From NCBI GenBank assembly GCA_963824165.1, contig CAWGOM010000017.1:901020-965019 (forward strand): DNA of 64,000 bases, in the 5' to 3' direction. Shown piece by piece: positions 63,330-64,000 of the stretch. The DNA comes from an uncultured Acidobacteriota bacterium. Lineage in GTDB: Bacteria > Acidobacteriota > Thermoanaerobaculia > UBA5066 > Gp7-AA6. Position 1 is the first letter of the stretch. Each line of letters opens with the position of its first letter. Below the pieces are notes generated by a model. That model made no database searches, was not told the DNA's origin, and saw only the letters and a list, made by a program, of their open reading frames with translations. The position numbers and the translations under genes were made by a program.

Positions 63330-64000
63330 CTACACCACCTTCCGCAAGCCGTCGACGATGTTCAGCCGCGAGGAGCGGATGGCCGGCACGAAGCCCGCCA
63401 GGATCCCGACGCCCACCGAGACGCCGAAGGCGAGCAGCAGCGTCTCCGGCGAGACCCGGAAGTTCGTCAGCCAGATGGAGATCGAGGTCTTGTTTCCGAC
63501 CGCCAGCAGCATCGGGATGAAGAAGAACTTCGCGAGCAGGACGCCGAGACAGCCGCCGAGCAGCGCCATCAGAACCGATTCCGACAGGATGAACCCCAGG
63601 ATGTGGGTCCGGCCGAAGCCCAGGGTCCGCATGACGGCGATCTCGGTGACGCGCTCGCGCGCGGACATGGCCACCGTGTTGGCCACGATCAGCGTCACCG
63701 CGAACAGGATGATGAGCGAGATGCCGTTGATGAGGAACTTGACGTTGCCCATCATCTCCATGAACTGGAGCTGGAACTGCTTCTCGGTCAGCGTCTTCGT
63801 CGGGGAGTCGCTGTTCTCGAACATCTGGTCGATCGTGGCGGCGACCCGCGGCACGTTCTCGCCGCTGTCGACCTTGAGGTAGTAGATCCCGGTCACCTTG
63901 TTCGCTCCGAACCAGTCCGCCTGGTTCAGGTACTCGTTGTGAAAGAAGATGTTCGTCTCGTCGCCGGCGTTGAAGGGGCCGACGTAGACGAGCTCCGGCG
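63330..64000 (-). CDS. ABC transporter permease, FtsX/MacB-like (5' end outside window)
   Basis: RERVTEIAVMRTLGFGRTHIL...GFVPAIRSSRLNIVDGLR. Continues upstream past 64000. Confidence 0.8.
   Translation of the reverse strand, partial: PELVYVGPFNAGDETNIFFHNEYLNQADWFGANKVTGIYYLKVDSGENVPRVAATIDQMFENSDSPTKTLTEKQFQLQFMEMMGNVKFLINGISLIILFAVTLIVANTVAMSARERVTEIAVMRTLGFGRTHILGFILSESVLMALLGGCLGVLLAKFFFIPMLLAVGNKTSISIWLTNFRVSPETLLLAFGVSVGVGILAGFVPAIRSSRLNIVDGLRKVV

Overview
High-GC (about 70%) bacterial chromosomal fragment. It is densely packed and carries mostly housekeeping and respiratory genes. I saw no rRNA, tRNA, CRISPR array, transposase or integrase.

Gene content in order:
- PcnB-like 3' end, speB, and an ECF sigma / anti-sigma pair
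- Tat-signal M20 peptidase, and mutL
- A ~1,900-aa Sec-signal RHS polymorphic toxin (7319-13103) with a low-GC lipase-like C-terminal tip and putative immunity genes
- recO-glyQ-glyS-ppdK
- A futalosine-pathway radical-SAM gene
- sdhCAB (type B), a vapBC module, and fumC
- One 21.6-kb run of same-strand genes (55179 down to 33590) holding an aa3 cytochrome oxidase operon (cupredoxin-ctaC-ctaD-ctaA-ctaB-coxIV-ctaE), argF and many secreted hydrolases
- A variant System I ccm cluster whose CcmE carries CxxxY
- A doc/AbrB toxin-antitoxin pair, and ABC permeases

Major caveat: conserved genes change reading frame every few hundred bp. This looks like indel noise. As a result the ORF track fragments real genes and produces giant chimeric ORFs. 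I traced genes by hand across frames, so many ends are approximate.

Most interesting signals:
- An in-frame TGA exactly at the catalytic-Cys position of a thioredoxin-fold domain, followed by a SECIS-like hairpin. This is a candidate selenoprotein.
- The RHS lipase-tip / immunity island.
- A GTAGGGGCGG...CCGCCCCTAC double-hairpin repeat family.
- A blue-copper lipoprotein at the head of the oxidase operon.
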